Positions 8,629 through 19,588 of a stretch of 64,000 nucleotides of DNA are shown in pieces. Location of the stretch: contig CAVUSO010000001.1 of NCBI GenBank assembly GCA_963744145.1, forward strand, positions 4,576,001 through 4,640,000. The letters are read 5' to 3'. Origin of the DNA: an uncultured cyanobacterium (GTDB lineage Bacteria > Cyanobacteriota > Cyanobacteriia > Cyanobacteriales > CAWUOF01). The notes below the pieces were generated by a model that saw only the letters and a list, made by a program, of their open reading frames with translations, had not been told where the DNA came from and ran no database searches. Position 1 is the first letter of the stretch. Each line of letters begins with the position of its first letter. The position numbers were made by a program, and so were the translations under genes.

Positions 8629-11583
8629 TTAAGTATAAGCATCCATTGGTAAACAAGAACAAACAAAATGGCGATCGCCAAAAGCATTATCAATTCGACC
8701 CACAGATGGCCAAAATTTATGTTCCCGCGTCCAAGGAGCCGGATAAGCGGCTTGTTCACGAGAATAGGGATGATTCCATTCTGCTACTAATAAACTTGCG
8801 GCTGAATGGGGTGCATTTTTCAGTACATTATCCTTAACATCTACCTGACCCAATTCAATTGCTCTAATCTCCTCACGGATCGCAATCATTGCTTCACAAA
8901 AACGATCTAACTCTTCTTTAGACTCACTTTCTGTCGGTTCCACCATCATTGTGCCAGCTACGGGCCAAGAAACCGTCGGAGCATGAAACCCATAATCCAT
9001 CAGTCGTTTGGCAATATCTTCCACTTCAATCTGGGCTGATTTTTTCAGCGATCGCAAATCCAAAATACATTCATGGGCGACTAAACCAGCATTACCCTTA
9101 TATAAAATTGGATAATAATCGGCGAGCCTGTGTGCAATATAATTAGCATTCAAAATGGCTATTTTTGTAGCCTGAGTCAGACCCACCTCACCCATCATCG
9201 CGATATACATCCAAGAAATCGTCAAAATACTGGCACTACCCCAAGGTGCAGATGATACAGCCCCAATACCTTGTCTATTTCCCAGATTTACCACAGGATG
9301 ACTAGGTAAAAACGGTACTAAATGAGACATCACCCCGATCGGACCCATTCCCGGTCCCCCACCACCATGAGGAATACAGAAAGTTTTGTGCAAATTCAAA
9401 TGACTAACATCAGCCCCAATTTCACCGGGACGACATAAACCTACTTGAGCATTCATATTCGCCCCATCCATATACACTTGTCCACCATAATTATGGACAA
9501 TAGTACAAATTTCCTTAATTCCTGCCTCAAACACGCCATGAGTAGAAGGATAAGTTACCATTAAAGCTGCCAATTCTGACTGATACTTTTCGGCTTTATC
9601 CCGCAAATCTGCTAAATCAATATTGCCTAAATCATCGCACTTAATCGGGATAACTTTATATCCAGACATCACAGCACTAGCAGGATTAGTTCCGTGAGCA
9701 GATTCTGGAATCAAGCAAATATTCCGATTACCTTCTCCCCGACTTTCATGGTACTGACGAATTACTAATAACCCTGCATATTCTCCCTGAGAACCAGCGT
9801 TAGGTTGTAAAGAAATTCTAGCAAAACCAGTAATTTCTGCTAACCATTCTTCCAGTTGCTGACATAAAATTTGATATCCGATAGTTTGGGACTGTGGTGC
9901 AAAAGGATGAAGTTTACCAAATTCTGACCAACTCAGTGGAATCATTTCTGATGCAGCATTTAGCTTCATCGTACAAGAACCCAAGGGAATCATCGATGTA
10001 GTGAGGGATAAATCCTTCGCTTCTAACCGATATAAATAACGCAAAAGTTCAGTTTCGGAATGATAGCGATTAAAGACAGGGTAACTTAAATATGGGCTAG
10101 TTCGCTCAAATTTTTTCAGGTCAAATTGAGACTGAGAGTTCCCCTCATTAATTAACTCTTCTACCTGAAAAGGTAATTCATCTTGACCTCCAAAAATCTG
10201 CCAAATGTCAACTAAATCTTCAATTGTAGTCGTTTCATCCAGAGTAATTCCTAGGGTATGATCAGTAAAAACACGAAAATTTAGATAATTATTTTTTGCC
10301 CTTGCCAAAATTTCTGCTAAAGATTGTGGTGGTACTGCTACTCGTAAAGTATCAAAGAAATATTCGGTTTTAATTGTACTACCTAAACGTTTTAATCCTC
10401 TTGCTAAAATAGTCGTGAATTGATGTACTTTTTTGGCAATATTTTTTAATCCTTCTGGACCGTGATAAACTGCGTACATAGAAGCAATTACTGCTAGTAA
10501 TACTTGCGCGGTACAGATATTGCTAGTTGCTTTATCGCGACGAATATGTTGTTCACGAGTTTGTAAAGCTAACCGGAAAGCAATCTTACCACTCACATCT
10601 TTAGAAATTCCCACAATGCGTCCTGGGATTTGTCGTTTAAAGCTTTCCCGGGTCGCAAAATAAGCTGCATGGGGACCTCCATATCCGAGGGGAACACCAA
10701 AACGTTGAGTATTACCTACAGCAATATCGGCACCAAATTCACCAGGAGGTTGTAAGATACATAAACTGAGAATATCTGCGGCAATTGTAACTAAAGCACC
10801 ATGTTCATGGGCTTGTTTGATCAAATTTTGGTAATCATAAATATTACCATCACTAGCAGGATATTGTAATAATGCACCAAAAACTTTTTGGTCAAAGGTA
10901 AATGTTTGATGGTCACCAATAATCAGATTAATTCCTAGTGGTTTAGCACGAGTTTCGATTACTGCGATCGTCTGGGGATGACAGTCTTGAGAAACAAAAA
11001 AAGTTTGGGCTTTGGTTTTACATAAACCATAACTCATCGTCATTGCTTCTGCTGCTGCTGTTCCCTCATCAAGTAAGGAAGCGTTAGCAATTTCTAAACC
11101 GGTCAAATCAATGATCATGGTTTGGAAATTCAGTAATGCTTCGAGTCGTCCTTGAGCAATTTCAGCTTGATAGGGAGTGTATGCAGTATACCAACCTGGG
11201 TTTTCTAAAATGTTACGTTGGATGACGCTAGGAGTAATACAATCGTGATAACCCATCCCAATCAAGGAACGAAACACTTGGTTTTTAGCTGCAATTTGTT
11301 TTAATCGATTTAAAGCTGTAGATTCACTTAATGCTGATGGTAGTTGTAAAGGATGGGAAATCCGAATAGAATCAGGAATGGTTTTATCGATTAAGATGTC
11401 TAAGGTTGGTAATTCCAACAAATTGAGCATTTGCTGAATTTCTAGTGCATTCGGACCAATATGTCGATCAACAAATTGATCAGACAAGTCGCTGAACAGA
11501 TGGGGAGCGATCGCTGTTTGATTAGCTAATATATTTGTCATAGATTTCCCATTGGGTATGTTATTATATACCTGTTGGTTCAT
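8629..11583 (-). CDS. gcvP: Glycine dehydrogenase (glycine cleavage P protein)
   Basis: [45 protein letters not shown]; the true start may be a downstream ATG. Confidence 0.98.
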   Translation of the reverse strand: MNQQVYNNIPNGKSMTNILANQTAIAPHLFSDLSDQFVDRHIGPNALEIQQMLNLLELPTLDILIDKTIPDSIRISHPLQLPSALSESTALNRLKQIAAKNQVFRSLIGMGYHDCITPSVIQRNILENPGWYTAYTPYQAEIAQGRLEALLNFQTMIIDLTGLEIANASLLDEGTAAAEAMTMSYGLCKTKAQTFFVSQDCHPQTIAVIETRAKPLGINLIIGDHQTFTFDQKVFGALLQYPASDGNIYDYQNLIKQAHEHGALVTIAADILSLCILQPPGEFGADIAVGNTQRFGVPLGYGGPHAAYFATRESFKRQIPGRIVGISKDVSGKIAFRLALQTREQHIRRDKATSNICTAQVLLAVIASMYAVYHGPEGLKNIAKKVHQFTTILARGLKRLGSTIKTEYFFDTLRVAVPPQSLAEILARAKNNYLNFRVFTDHTLGITLDETTTIEDLVDIWQIFGGQDELPFQVEELINEGNSQSQFDLKKFERTSPYLSYPVFNRYHSETELLRYLYRLEAKDLSLTTSMIPLGSCTMKLNAASEMIPLSWSEFGKLHPFAPQSQTIGYQILCQQLEEWLAEITGFARISLQPNAGSQGEYAGLLVIRQYHESRGEGNRNICLIPESAHGTNPASAVMSGYKVIPIKCDDLGNIDLADLRDKAEKYQSELAALMVTYPSTHGVFEAGIKEICTIVHNYGGQVYMDGANMNAQVGLCRPGEIGADVSHLNLHKTFCIPHGGGGPGMGPIGVMSHLVPFLPSHPVVNLGNRQGIGAVSSAPWGSASILTISWMYIAMMGEVGLTQATKIAILNANYIAHRLADYYPILYKGNAGLVAHECILDLRSLKKSAQIEVEDIAKRLMDYGFHAPTVSWPVAGTMMVEPTESESKEELDRFCEAMIAIREEIRAIELGQVDVKDNVLKNAPHSAASLLVAEWNHPYSREQAAYPAPWTREHKFWPSVGRIDNAFGDRHFVCSCLPMDAYT

Positions 11584-11969
11584 TCACCTTGGACTAGCGC
11601 CGCATATTGCTCGCTAGTCATAGCATCGTCTATTTCATTCAGGTCAGAAACTCTAATTTTGAGCAACCATCCGTCTCCATAAGGATCTTCCGCTATTTGC
11701 TCTGGTTCTTCTATGATCAGCTCATTCCGTTCTATAACTGTACCTGTAACTGGGGAACTCAGCTCTTCTACCGCTTTGACTGATTCAATGTTACCGAAAG
11801 TTTCTCCCTTGGTCACGACTTCACTAATTTCTGGTAACTCAATAAATACAATATCTCCTAGCTGATGCACCGCAAAGGCACTGATGCCGATGGTGGCTAT
11901 TTCTCCCTCTAGTCTAACATATTCATGGGTGTCAAGATATTTTAAGTCTCCGGGATACTCTAAATCCAT
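11580..11969 (-). CDS. gcvH: Glycine cleavage H protein
   Basis: Lipoyl site [14 protein letters not shown]. Confidence 0.97.
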   Translation of the reverse strand: MDLEYPGDLKYLDTHEYVRLEGEIATIGISAFAVHQLGDIVFIELPEISEVVTKGETFGNIESVKAVEELSSPVTGTVIERNELIIEEPEQIAEDPYGDGWLLKIRVSDLNEIDDAMTSEQYAALVQGE

Positions 11970-12084
11970 GTTACCTACTCACTACTTCAATTGGTTGTTT
12001 TTTAGATTTACCTTGAGGTAACCTAAATCAATATTAGTGATCATACATATAATTTAACCAACTGCAAATTCTGGCTAATTTTTT

Positions 12085-12924
12085 ATGAACATAGACAAAA
12101 AACAACTCCGTCAGTTACTCATTGGGGATTTTTCGTTTTTCCGACTGATTCGCTCGATCATCTTTATTTATGTGTGCATTGGATTGTACGTTTTCTTTTT
12201 TGCCGATGGGTTGATTTTTAAACCTCAACCGGCTAGCTATGAACCTAGCAAAGATTTCGTCGATCTTACTACGTCAGATGGCACCCAGATTACGGCTCTA
12301 TATCTCCCTCACCCCCAAGCTAAGTATACGATCCTGTTTAGTCACGGTAATGCTGAGGATTTAGGTGATCTGCGTCCTTTTTTACAGAAGTTACATCAGA
12401 TGGGGTTTGCGGTTTTTGCTTATGATTATCATGGTTATGGGACAAGTAAAGGGACACCTTCGGAACAAAATGTCTATCAAGATATTAATGCAGCTTACAA
12501 TTATTTGCACCAAAAACTAGGTATTTCTGCTAATCAGATCATTATTTATGGGCGATCGGTTGGTTCTGGACCATCTTTGGAGTTGGCTAGTCGTCAGCCG
12601 GTCGCCGGGTTGATTTTGGAAAGTGCTTTTATTACTGCTTTCCGGGTACTGACCAGAATTCCGATTTTTCCCTTTGATAAATTTCGCAATATTGATAAAA
12701 TTAAGCAATTTCATGGTCCGGTCTTAATCATGCACGGTACTGTTGATGAGGTAGTACCTTTTTGGCACGCAGAAACATTGTTTGCGACAGCAAATGAGCC
12801 AAAACTATTTGTACCGATCGCTGGTGCTGGTCATAATAATTTGGTGGAAGTTGCGGGCGATCGCTATGTCCAAGCGATCAAAAAGTTTGGGGCGTTATTA
12901 GGACGACAAACGAGCATCCATTAA
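12085..12924 (+). CDS. Alpha/beta hydrolase (ABHD17-like)
   Basis: FSHGNAEDLG, DYHGYG.S, GRSVG, HGT.DEVVP, GAGHNN; N-terminal TM segment. Confidence 0.9.
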   Translation: MNIDKKQLRQLLIGDFSFFRLIRSIIFIYVCIGLYVFFFADGLIFKPQPASYEPSKDFVDLTTSDGTQITALYLPHPQAKYTILFSHGNAEDLGDLRPFLQKLHQMGFAVFAYDYHGYGTSKGTPSEQNVYQDINAAYNYLHQKLGISANQIIIYGRSVGSGPSLELASRQPVAGLILESAFITAFRVLTRIPIFPFDKFRNIDKIKQFHGPVLIMHGTVDEVVPFWHAETLFATANEPKLFVPIAGAGHNNLVEVAGDRYVQAIKKFGALLGRQTSIH

Positions 12925-13833
12925 TGGAATTAACTGCTGATTAAGTTTGGTGACTAATAACTCATCAGATTCAGTAAAATTCGCTTGCCAACATTCAGGA
13001 GATTGGGGATAATTTTCGGAATTGTAGGTTTCAAATATCCCAGGTTTTTCCTTGTTAATTAATTGCATTACACCAACCATAATTTTATCTAGCTCGTGAA
13101 TCGGTCTAATAATTGGCACCACTAAAACGCTACAAGTTCTATATTCTATTTTTAAATCTAAGTCCTTAATGGTTTGCAGATCATCACGATTCAGCAGAAA
13201 TACACTATTAGGATTACTGTGATAATTATACAAATCAAAGGGAATATTTAGAGTTTTTCCTGATTTTAATACTTTTCCGGCAAATCCTACATCTGAAGCA
13301 ATCCTAATATCTTGAGTTTTTCCTGATAGATCTATTTTAGTGACTAATTCCATTTTCTCTAAATCTGACAACCACAAATTAGCGCGATCGCAATTCATAA
13401 TTCGACTAAATCTGGCAGCAATACATTTGAAAAAGTCTACATCCGTTAGGTTTTCTTCTAAATCAAAGAAAGGATTTTCTAGATATTTTTTGTATATTTC
13501 AATTAGTAATGCTGATAGATTATCAGGATGAGGAGTAACATTGGCTTCAGTTAAATGAGCAATTAAATCTTTAACTAAATTATTAGGTTCCGCAAAACAC
13601 CAATTATTCTTTAACCATAATACTAATCCTAATTGATAGTCTCCGATCAGATCCGTTTGCAGTTTAAGTTTTAAAGCTACAGGTAACATTCGGTCAAATT
13701 CGGCGATCGCATCAAGTACATTAGTGGGAATCAATACACCTGTGGGTGAATCTGAATCAGGAGTAGGACTGATTTGCTCTTCGCTAATTGATGCTATGTC
13801 TTTGTTATTGTTCATTACCTTAATAATTAGCAA
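12898..13833 (-). CDS. GAF-domain protein with an N-terminal DUF6794-like domain
   Basis: C-terminal GAF (CDRA.LW, GFAGKV...G..LNIPFDLY, QLINK...FTESDE); N-terminal GL.LW..NNW...HPD..S pattern. Confidence 0.65.
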   Translation of the reverse strand: MLIIKVMNNNKDIASISEEQISPTPDSDSPTGVLIPTNVLDAIAEFDRMLPVALKLKLQTDLIGDYQLGLVLWLKNNWCFAEPNNLVKDLIAHLTEANVTPHPDNLSALLIEIYKKYLENPFFDLEENLTDVDFFKCIAARFSRIMNCDRANLWLSDLEKMELVTKIDLSGKTQDIRIASDVGFAGKVLKSGKTLNIPFDLYNYHSNPNSVFLLNRDDLQTIKDLDLKIEYRTCSVLVVPIIRPIHELDKIMVGVMQLINKEKPGIFETYNSENYPQSPECWQANFTESDELLVTKLNQQLIPLMDARLSS

Positions 13834-13874
13834 ATAATTAAGTTTATCCCAATTATTATTTGATACTCTCAGGT

Positions 13875-15221
13875 CTAAAGACGCTGAGATTCTTGAATAG
13901 TCCAGAGTCTGTACGGGCGTATTGCAATACGCCCCTTCAAAGGCGCGTACAAGACACCTCTACTGATTTCACTCAGGCATAGCCTAAGATCCACCGCTAC
14001 TTTTCTCAAAATATTAGCCGCAGCATTCGCGTCTGCGTTGATTTTTATGCCATTAGAACTGACGTACAAACCACGTTTAACTCTTTTTCCTGATGCTGTC
14101 CATTCTGTGGGTTTTTCACCATCGTAGGGGCGTATTGCAATACGCCCGTACATGGTATCAGCATCTAAAAAACTAGCTTTGCTGGTATAACTTTCTTCAG
14201 TTTCAAGAAACTTAATGCCAAACAACTCACCAAGTTCTTGAAGTCTTGCTTTGAGTCTAGCCGTAGGGATTTGGACAAAGTTTTGATTAGTCTTTTTCCC
14301 TAGTTCTATCCCATCTTTTTGTCCTTTATTCCAACCAAAAGCTAAAGTCCCGATGCCATTATTTAAACAGTGATTTATCACTAGCCGAGCCGCTTTGTTG
14401 ATAGCGTCCCTCATCTGTCTATTCCGTTTCTCAGTCATTGCTGCCAAACGATTAGACCAAAAGCCTTGAGGTTTATTAGCTTTGAGTTTAGCTACTTGTT
14501 TGTTGTACCATTGATTGACTGACTTTAAGTGTTTGCCATCAATAATAAAACTTGTCCCTACGTTACTAACGGCTGTCAACCAGTTATTTAAACCGTGATC
14601 TAACCCTAAGCATTTAGCTGGGTCTAGGACAGGTTTTTCGACTAAGTTCGGGTAGACAAATTCTGCATAAAAACCACCGTTTCTAGGGAGTATTCTGACC
14701 TCTCTAAGAGACTCAAAATCTAGGTTCGTTGGCATTGGTAGGAAAAATTCTTTGATCCCAAACCAAGCATTGATTTGCCACCCTAAAGGAAACCTAATTT
14801 TCCCATCAATTAGTCTCAGCGACCGTTTCGGATAGGCAATTAATTGATAGCCACCTGTTTTCCGATAATTGGGCAAGTTGGGTTTAGTTTCGAGTTTACC
14901 GCTTAGCCAAAGTTCTCGTAACTTGGCGTAGGAACTAATTGACTCACCTACTGCCATACAAGTTTGTGCTGCGGCATCGGATGGTAGAGCAGAAAAATGT
15001 ACATTTTGAGTAAGATTTTTTACGATCTCAAACTTGGTCACAAATCTTCGAGCCTTAAACCAGATTTGACGAGCATAATAGGTAGCACAATTGTGTAGCT
15101 TATTGGACTCTGAGCAAAGGAATTCTAGTATTGCTTTTGTCTCTGGTTCGGCATTGATTAAATTCTGTTGAACACCTAACGGTACTTGGGGCTTTTTTTC
15201 TGTTTTCTTTCTTTTAACCAT
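13875..15221 (-). CDS. tnpB: TnpB RNA-guided endonuclease
   Basis: RuvC-I LGLDHGLNN, EESYTSKAS, RuvC-III INADANAAANI, KR.KRGLY; no CxxC zinc finger. Confidence 0.93.
   Translation of the reverse strand: MVKRKKTEKKPQVPLGVQQNLINAEPETKAILEFLCSESNKLHNCATYYARQIWFKARRFVTKFEIVKNLTQNVHFSALPSDAAAQTCMAVGESISSYAKLRELWLSGKLETKPNLPNYRKTGGYQLIAYPKRSLRLIDGKIRFPLGWQINAWFGIKEFFLPMPTNLDFESLREVRILPRNGGFYAEFVYPNLVEKPVLDPAKCLGLDHGLNNWLTAVSNVGTSFIIDGKHLKSVNQWYNKQVAKLKANKPQGFWSNRLAAMTEKRNRQMRDAINKAARLVINHCLNNGIGTLAFGWNKGQKDGIELGKKTNQNFVQIPTARLKARLQELGELFGIKFLETEESYTSKASFLDADTMYGRIAIRPYDGEKPTEWTASGKRVKRGLYVSSNGIKINADANAAANILRKVAVDLRLCLSEISRGVLYAPLKGRIAIRPYRLWTIQESQRL
13911..13938. repeat. REP-like palindrome inserted in frame in tnpB (copy A)
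   Basis: gtac-GGGCGTATTGCAATACGCCC-cttc; perfect 20-bp palindrome at 13915-13934 encoding GRIAIRP. Confidence 0.85.
14124..14151. repeat. REP-like palindrome inserted in frame in tnpB (copy B)
   Basis: gtag-GGGCGTATTGCAATACGCCC-gtac; identical core to copy A, with flanks in the opposite orientation. Confidence 0.85.
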
Positions 15222-15357
15222 TTTTTGTTTCTTTTCTTTCTAATCTTAACTATAGCTTATGTTTGACAAAAAGCAAGTCTTTGTGATCAAAACAATGTTA
15301 AGATTAAGAAATATTTTCAGGTGGTTAAAACCACTTGGGTCGTTTCCCTCTCAGGCT

Positions 15358-15381
15358 GACCGTGAGCGTAGTCGAATGGTC
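15358..15381. repeat. Short dispersed repeat (GAGCGTAGTCGAA type) within the IS left-end hairpin
   Basis: GACC-GTGAGCGTAGTCGAAT-GGTC interrupts CTCTCAG...GTCTAAAGA, which is contiguous at the right end. Confidence 0.6.
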
Positions 15382-15624
15382 TAAAGAACCCTAGCTTCGA
15401 CTTACCAGGTATTTTTTATGAGAATTTGGCGATCGGCTACCATAACTAACCAGTAAAGCCATAATAGCAATTTTTCTTTCTCAAAAACAATTATCTAATT
15501 TTCTCAACCCCTAGATATTTTCTATAGTACCAGCCAAGAAAATATAGAAAATTCTCTAGCCCCGCAGATAATGGATCAACTCCCGCAACTTGGTACAGAG
15601 ATTTACCGGGAGCTGATCCAATGA

Positions 15625-16341
15625 TTAAAGATGTAATAAGGTAATCGCAATATTACCAGAAAAACACACATCAACATCTGTACCAATGCCGCGATCGCGT
15701 TTGGCGTAGTCTCCGGTATAATGAAATTGATCTGCTTCTTGACGATAATTTATCGGTAAAGGATGAATAGAGGGTTGACAAAATATGATTTTTGGTTCGG
15801 GTGCTCCTGGTAACAAATAAGGTAAATTGACATTCCAGAAAGTACCTGGTTCAAAAGGACGAGTCAATAAGTCAGCTAAAACTATAGCAGTCCATTTTGC
15901 CGCAACATCCCAATCAATGTCAAGTAGTTTTCGACGATATTGAGAAACAGCAATTCCTGGAATTTGGTGCATTGCTGCTTCTCTCACCGCAGCAATAGTA
16001 CCGGACATATAAGCATCTACTCCTAAATTTCCCCCGAGGTTGATTCCAGATAAAACTATTTTGACATCTGGACAAAGATGTGATATGGCTAGGCGGGTAC
16101 AATCAGCCGGAGTACCACCAACAGCATATTCTACTGGGGAACGACGGTGAACTTGAATAGGTTGATCAGTAGTAACACGATGACCACAACCTGACCATTC
16201 ATCTTGTGGAGCAATTAAAATTCCTTGACCATCGATCGCTTTGAAAAGTGCCCTGATTCCTGGAGCGTCTATGCCGTCGTCATTAGTTACTATTAAAGTC
16301 ATAAATTGGCAATTGTAGCGTTTAGTGAGAAACTGAAACAA
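15625..16341 (-). CDS. surE: 5'/3'-nucleotidase SurE
   Basis: TNDDGIDAPGI, GTPADC, SGINLGGNLG.D.Y.SGT.AA; true start probably MTLIVTNDDG. Confidence 0.93.
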   Translation of the reverse strand: MFQFLTKRYNCQFMTLIVTNDDGIDAPGIRALFKAIDGQGILIAPQDEWSGCGHRVTTDQPIQVHRRSPVEYAVGGTPADCTRLAISHLCPDVKIVLSGINLGGNLGVDAYMSGTIAAVREAAMHQIPGIAVSQYRRKLLDIDWDVAAKWTAIVLADLLTRPFEPGTFWNVNLPYLLPGAPEPKIIFCQPSIHPLPINYRQEADQFHYTGDYAKRDRGIGTDVDVCFSGNIAITLLHL

Positions 16342-16376
16342 AATCTATTTTAGAATAACCTACAATCGATCAACAA

Positions 16377-17942
16377 ATGGCACCACCGCATTTTCTTGGT
16401 ATTTCATCTGCTCAGATAGTAAATGCAAATACAAAGTTACTTCAAGCACTCAAGAGTAACAATCCTGAAGTACGTCAGATTGCTGCCCGTGGACTAGGAA
16501 AAATTGGTGCCGAAATGGCAATTTCTGGGTTATTAGCAGCACTGAAGGATGAAAACCAAGATGTGCAAGCTTGGGCAGCTTGGGCTTTAGGAAAAATTGG
16601 GACTGAATCCCTAGTGATTCAGTTACGGAAAATCTTGAAACGGTCACCGTCTCCTGTGAGTATTTGGGCGACTTGGATTTTAGGAGAAATTGGCAGTAAA
16701 TCGGCTTATAAAATATTATTAACAGCCCTAAAACATCCAGATGATCAAGTCCGGTGGAGAGCGGCTACGGCTTTAGGAAAAATTCGGGATCAATCTGCCA
16801 TTAGTCACCTGATCGCTACACTTAAAGATCGCGATCATTATGTACGTGGTAGAGCTGCGGCTGCTTTGGGTGAAATTGGGACTAATGGTAATGTGGTAGC
16901 GATGTTGATGCAAACCTTAACAGATGAAAATTTATATGTGAAAATGAAAGCGATTTCTGCTTTAGGAAAAATTAAATCAGATGCAGCTTTAGCAGGATTG
17001 TTACAAGCACTAAAATATCAAGATTTAGATGTGCGTGAAAGTGCGGTTTCAGTATTAGGTCAACTTGGGGCAGAGATCGCTGTTAGTGGATTGTTAGAAG
17101 TTCTCCATGATGAAGATTTTTATCTACGGGCTAGAGCTGTGACAGCTTTAGGAGAAATTGGTACAGATGAAGCAGTAGCTGGGTTAGTAACAACTCTAGC
17201 AGATCCAGAATTTTATGTACGTTGGCGCACAACTTCAGCCTTGGGACAAATTGGGACAGCCCCTGCGATCGCTGGATTACAACAAGCTACACAGGATGAA
17301 AATATCGCTGTTCGCGATCGCGCGATCGAAATGTTACAAAATCTTGATCATGATCGACTCAATTACCAAGATCAAGTAAATCAGATTACTCCCACCATCG
17401 AAAATAATCCCTTACCAACTATTATTATTGGCTCTTTTACCGAAGCTACTAATTGCATCTTCAACAAAACTACAGGACCTCTGATCAAACATCTGATTTC
17501 CATTGGTAGTCCTGGGGTTGAGCCACCCCCAGGATTTAACCAAGTCCCCCATCGATTGCGCTTAGAATTTCATGATATTGACAAACCTTTAGATGATCCA
17601 GAATATGTTTTACCCACCTGGGAACAGGTTCAGAGTGCGATCGCATATATCTCTTCAGTGACTCGATTTGAGGGACATTTATTGATCCATTGTCAAGCAG
17701 GAATTAGTCGTTCTGCTGCGATCGCTTTGACTGTCTGTGCCCAACTTCTGGGACCAGGTAAAGAACCTGAAGCCTTAAACTATATTCTCACAGTTAGACC
17801 TCAAGCTATGCCTAATCTCTGGATTGTCGAATTAGCTGATCAAATTTTAGGACGAAAAGGCAAATTGTTACAAGTTGCTAACCGCTATTATCAATCTGTT
17901 AAGCAAAGTTATCAGCCTGTTAATGGATTATTTAACCAGTAA
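16377..17942 (+). CDS. HEAT (PBS-lyase-like) repeat protein fused to a C-terminal CX5R phosphatase domain
   Basis: About ten VR..AA.ALG.IG repeats; LISIG, L.F.DI and LIHCQAGISRSAA. Confidence 0.85.
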   Translation: MAPPHFLGISSAQIVNANTKLLQALKSNNPEVRQIAARGLGKIGAEMAISGLLAALKDENQDVQAWAAWALGKIGTESLVIQLRKILKRSPSPVSIWATWILGEIGSKSAYKILLTALKHPDDQVRWRAATALGKIRDQSAISHLIATLKDRDHYVRGRAAAALGEIGTNGNVVAMLMQTLTDENLYVKMKAISALGKIKSDAALAGLLQALKYQDLDVRESAVSVLGQLGAEIAVSGLLEVLHDEDFYLRARAVTALGEIGTDEAVAGLVTTLADPEFYVRWRTTSALGQIGTAPAIAGLQQATQDENIAVRDRAIEMLQNLDHDRLNYQDQVNQITPTIENNPLPTIIIGSFTEATNCIFNKTTGPLIKHLISIGSPGVEPPPGFNQVPHRLRLEFHDIDKPLDDPEYVLPTWEQVQSAIAYISSVTRFEGHLLIHCQAGISRSAAIALTVCAQLLGPGKEPEALNYILTVRPQAMPNLWIVELADQILGRKGKLLQVANRYYQSVKQSYQPVNGLFNQ

Positions 17943-18130
17943 TAAGTTTTAATAAAAAATTAAATTTAGAACTATTTTATAGTACGATGAAGTAATAGTA
18001 ATACTTACCTAAGTAATAACCTTTAATCTGAAGAAAAAACTAAACAATTAACTGGGTAATATCTGGTTTCCACTAATCAGATTGCTCTGCATTAACTGAC
18101 AACTGTAAAATTCAAAATGGTGTAAACAAA

Positions 18131-19588
18131 ATGTCGCAAAATATTTTTCGGCTTAGTCGAGTAGTAATATGGGGATTCGGATCGATTTTTTTGTTAATGA
18201 TTGGGATCGGATTTTTATCTAAATTGAGTATGGATAAATTAACAGAAGCAGTGGATTGGCAAACTCATACTTATTTAGTCAAGACAAATTTGCAAGGCTT
18301 AGAAAAAGATTTAGTCGATGCTGAAACAGGACAGCGGGGATTTATTTATACTAATAAACCAGAATATTTAGAACCATATAACAAGGGAAGAATTGAGTTC
18401 TCAAAATCAATCAATCAGCTAAAGAAATTAATCAAAGATAACCCAGAACAAGTAAAAAATTTGGAGCAAGTTGAAAAATTAGCTCATCAAAAACTAGATG
18501 AATTAGCTGAAACTATCTCACTGAAAAAAGCTGGAAAAGACCAAGAAGTAAAAAATTTAGTTCTGTCAGGTAAAGGTAGAATGTTTATGGAGGAAATCAG
18601 GACTAATATAGCAGAAATGCTGACAATAGAAGATCAGCTTCTAGCCAAACGATCGCAATTAGCAAAAGAGTCAGCACAATTATCGATATTTGTTTCCGTC
18701 GGAGGGATAGCTTTTACTTTAGTATTTGGTGTATTTATTGTATTATTTATTTATCGGAAAATTATCCTACCAATCAATCAGATTGCTAATACGATCGCCA
18801 GTTCTTCTAGAGAAATTGCCGCTACTGTTGAACAGCAAGAATGCACTGCGAGGGAGCAATCTAGTGCGGTGAATCAAACTACAACTACCATGGATGAGTT
18901 GGGTAATTCTTCGCAACGAGCAGCCGCTCAAGCTCAATCTGCTAATGAGTCGGCCCAGCAAGCTTTAACTAGCACTGAAATCGGAAGTATTGCTGTACAG
19001 GAAACCCTGGAATCGATGAGAATTTTGAAACAAAAAGTCGAGGAGATTGCCGTACAAATTGAGCAATTGAATGAAAAAACTAATCAGATTGGTAATATCT
19101 CTAATGTAGTAGCAGATTTAGCGAATCAAACTAATATGCTGGCCCTTAATGCCTCAGTAGAATCGGTGCGGGCAGGCGAAAATGGCAAAGGTTTTGCTGT
19201 TATTGCTACAGAAATACGCAAACTAGCAGACCAAAGTAAAAAATCTGTTGAGAGAATCAACAATCTTGTTGTTGATATTAATAATGCCATCTATTCTACC
19301 ATAACCGTGACAAATGAAGGTAACAATACAGCACAATTAGGAAGCAAAATTACTGAAAAAACAGCAAATGCTTTTGATGGGGTAACCCATGCTATTAACA
19401 ATATGCTATTAAATTATCAACAAATCTCTCACTCTGCCCAACAACAGGCGATCGCCATTCAACAAGTAGTCGATGCGATGAATATGATTAATCAGTCAGC
19501 CAAGACAACAGCGAGTGGTATTAGTCAAACCAAAATCGCTACACAGCAACTGAATCAAGCTGCTCAACAGCTCAATTTAATTATCTAA
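18131..19588 (+). CDS. Methyl-accepting chemotaxis protein with CHASE3 sensor
   Basis: DAETGQRGF...[35 protein letters not shown]. Confidence 0.92.
   Translation: MSQNIFRLSRVVIWGFGSIFLLMIGIGFLSKLSMDKLTEAVDWQTHTYLVKTNLQGLEKDLVDAETGQRGFIYTNKPEYLEPYNKGRIEFSKSINQLKKLIKDNPEQVKNLEQVEKLAHQKLDELAETISLKKAGKDQEVKNLVLSGKGRMFMEEIRTNIAEMLTIEDQLLAKRSQLAKESAQLSIFVSVGGIAFTLVFGVFIVLFIYRKIILPINQIANTIASSSREIAATVEQQECTAREQSSAVNQTTTTMDELGNSSQRAAAQAQSANESAQQALTSTEIGSIAVQETLESMRILKQKVEEIAVQIEQLNEKTNQIGNISNVVADLANQTNMLALNASVESVRAGENGKGFAVIATEIRKLADQSKKSVERINNLVVDINNAIYSTITVTNEGNNTAQLGSKITEKTANAFDGVTHAINNMLLNYQQISHSAQQQAIAIQQVVDAMNMINQSAKTTASGISQTKIATQQLNQAAQQLNLII

Larger units (their letters stand above)
13860..15417 (-). 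mobile_element. IS200/IS605-family element without tnpA (IS1341-like)
   Basis: tnpB ORF; right-end hairpin GAATCTCAGCGTCTTTAGACCTGAGAGTA-TCAA on the minus strand ending at 13860; related left-end hairpin at about 15348-15394. The left boundary is approximate. Confidence 0.75.

Noticed and set aside
8629..11969. gcvH-gcvP without gcvT or a glycine riboswitch
   Set aside because: Split gcv genes are ordinary in cyanobacteria, and no riboswitch motif is visible upstream.
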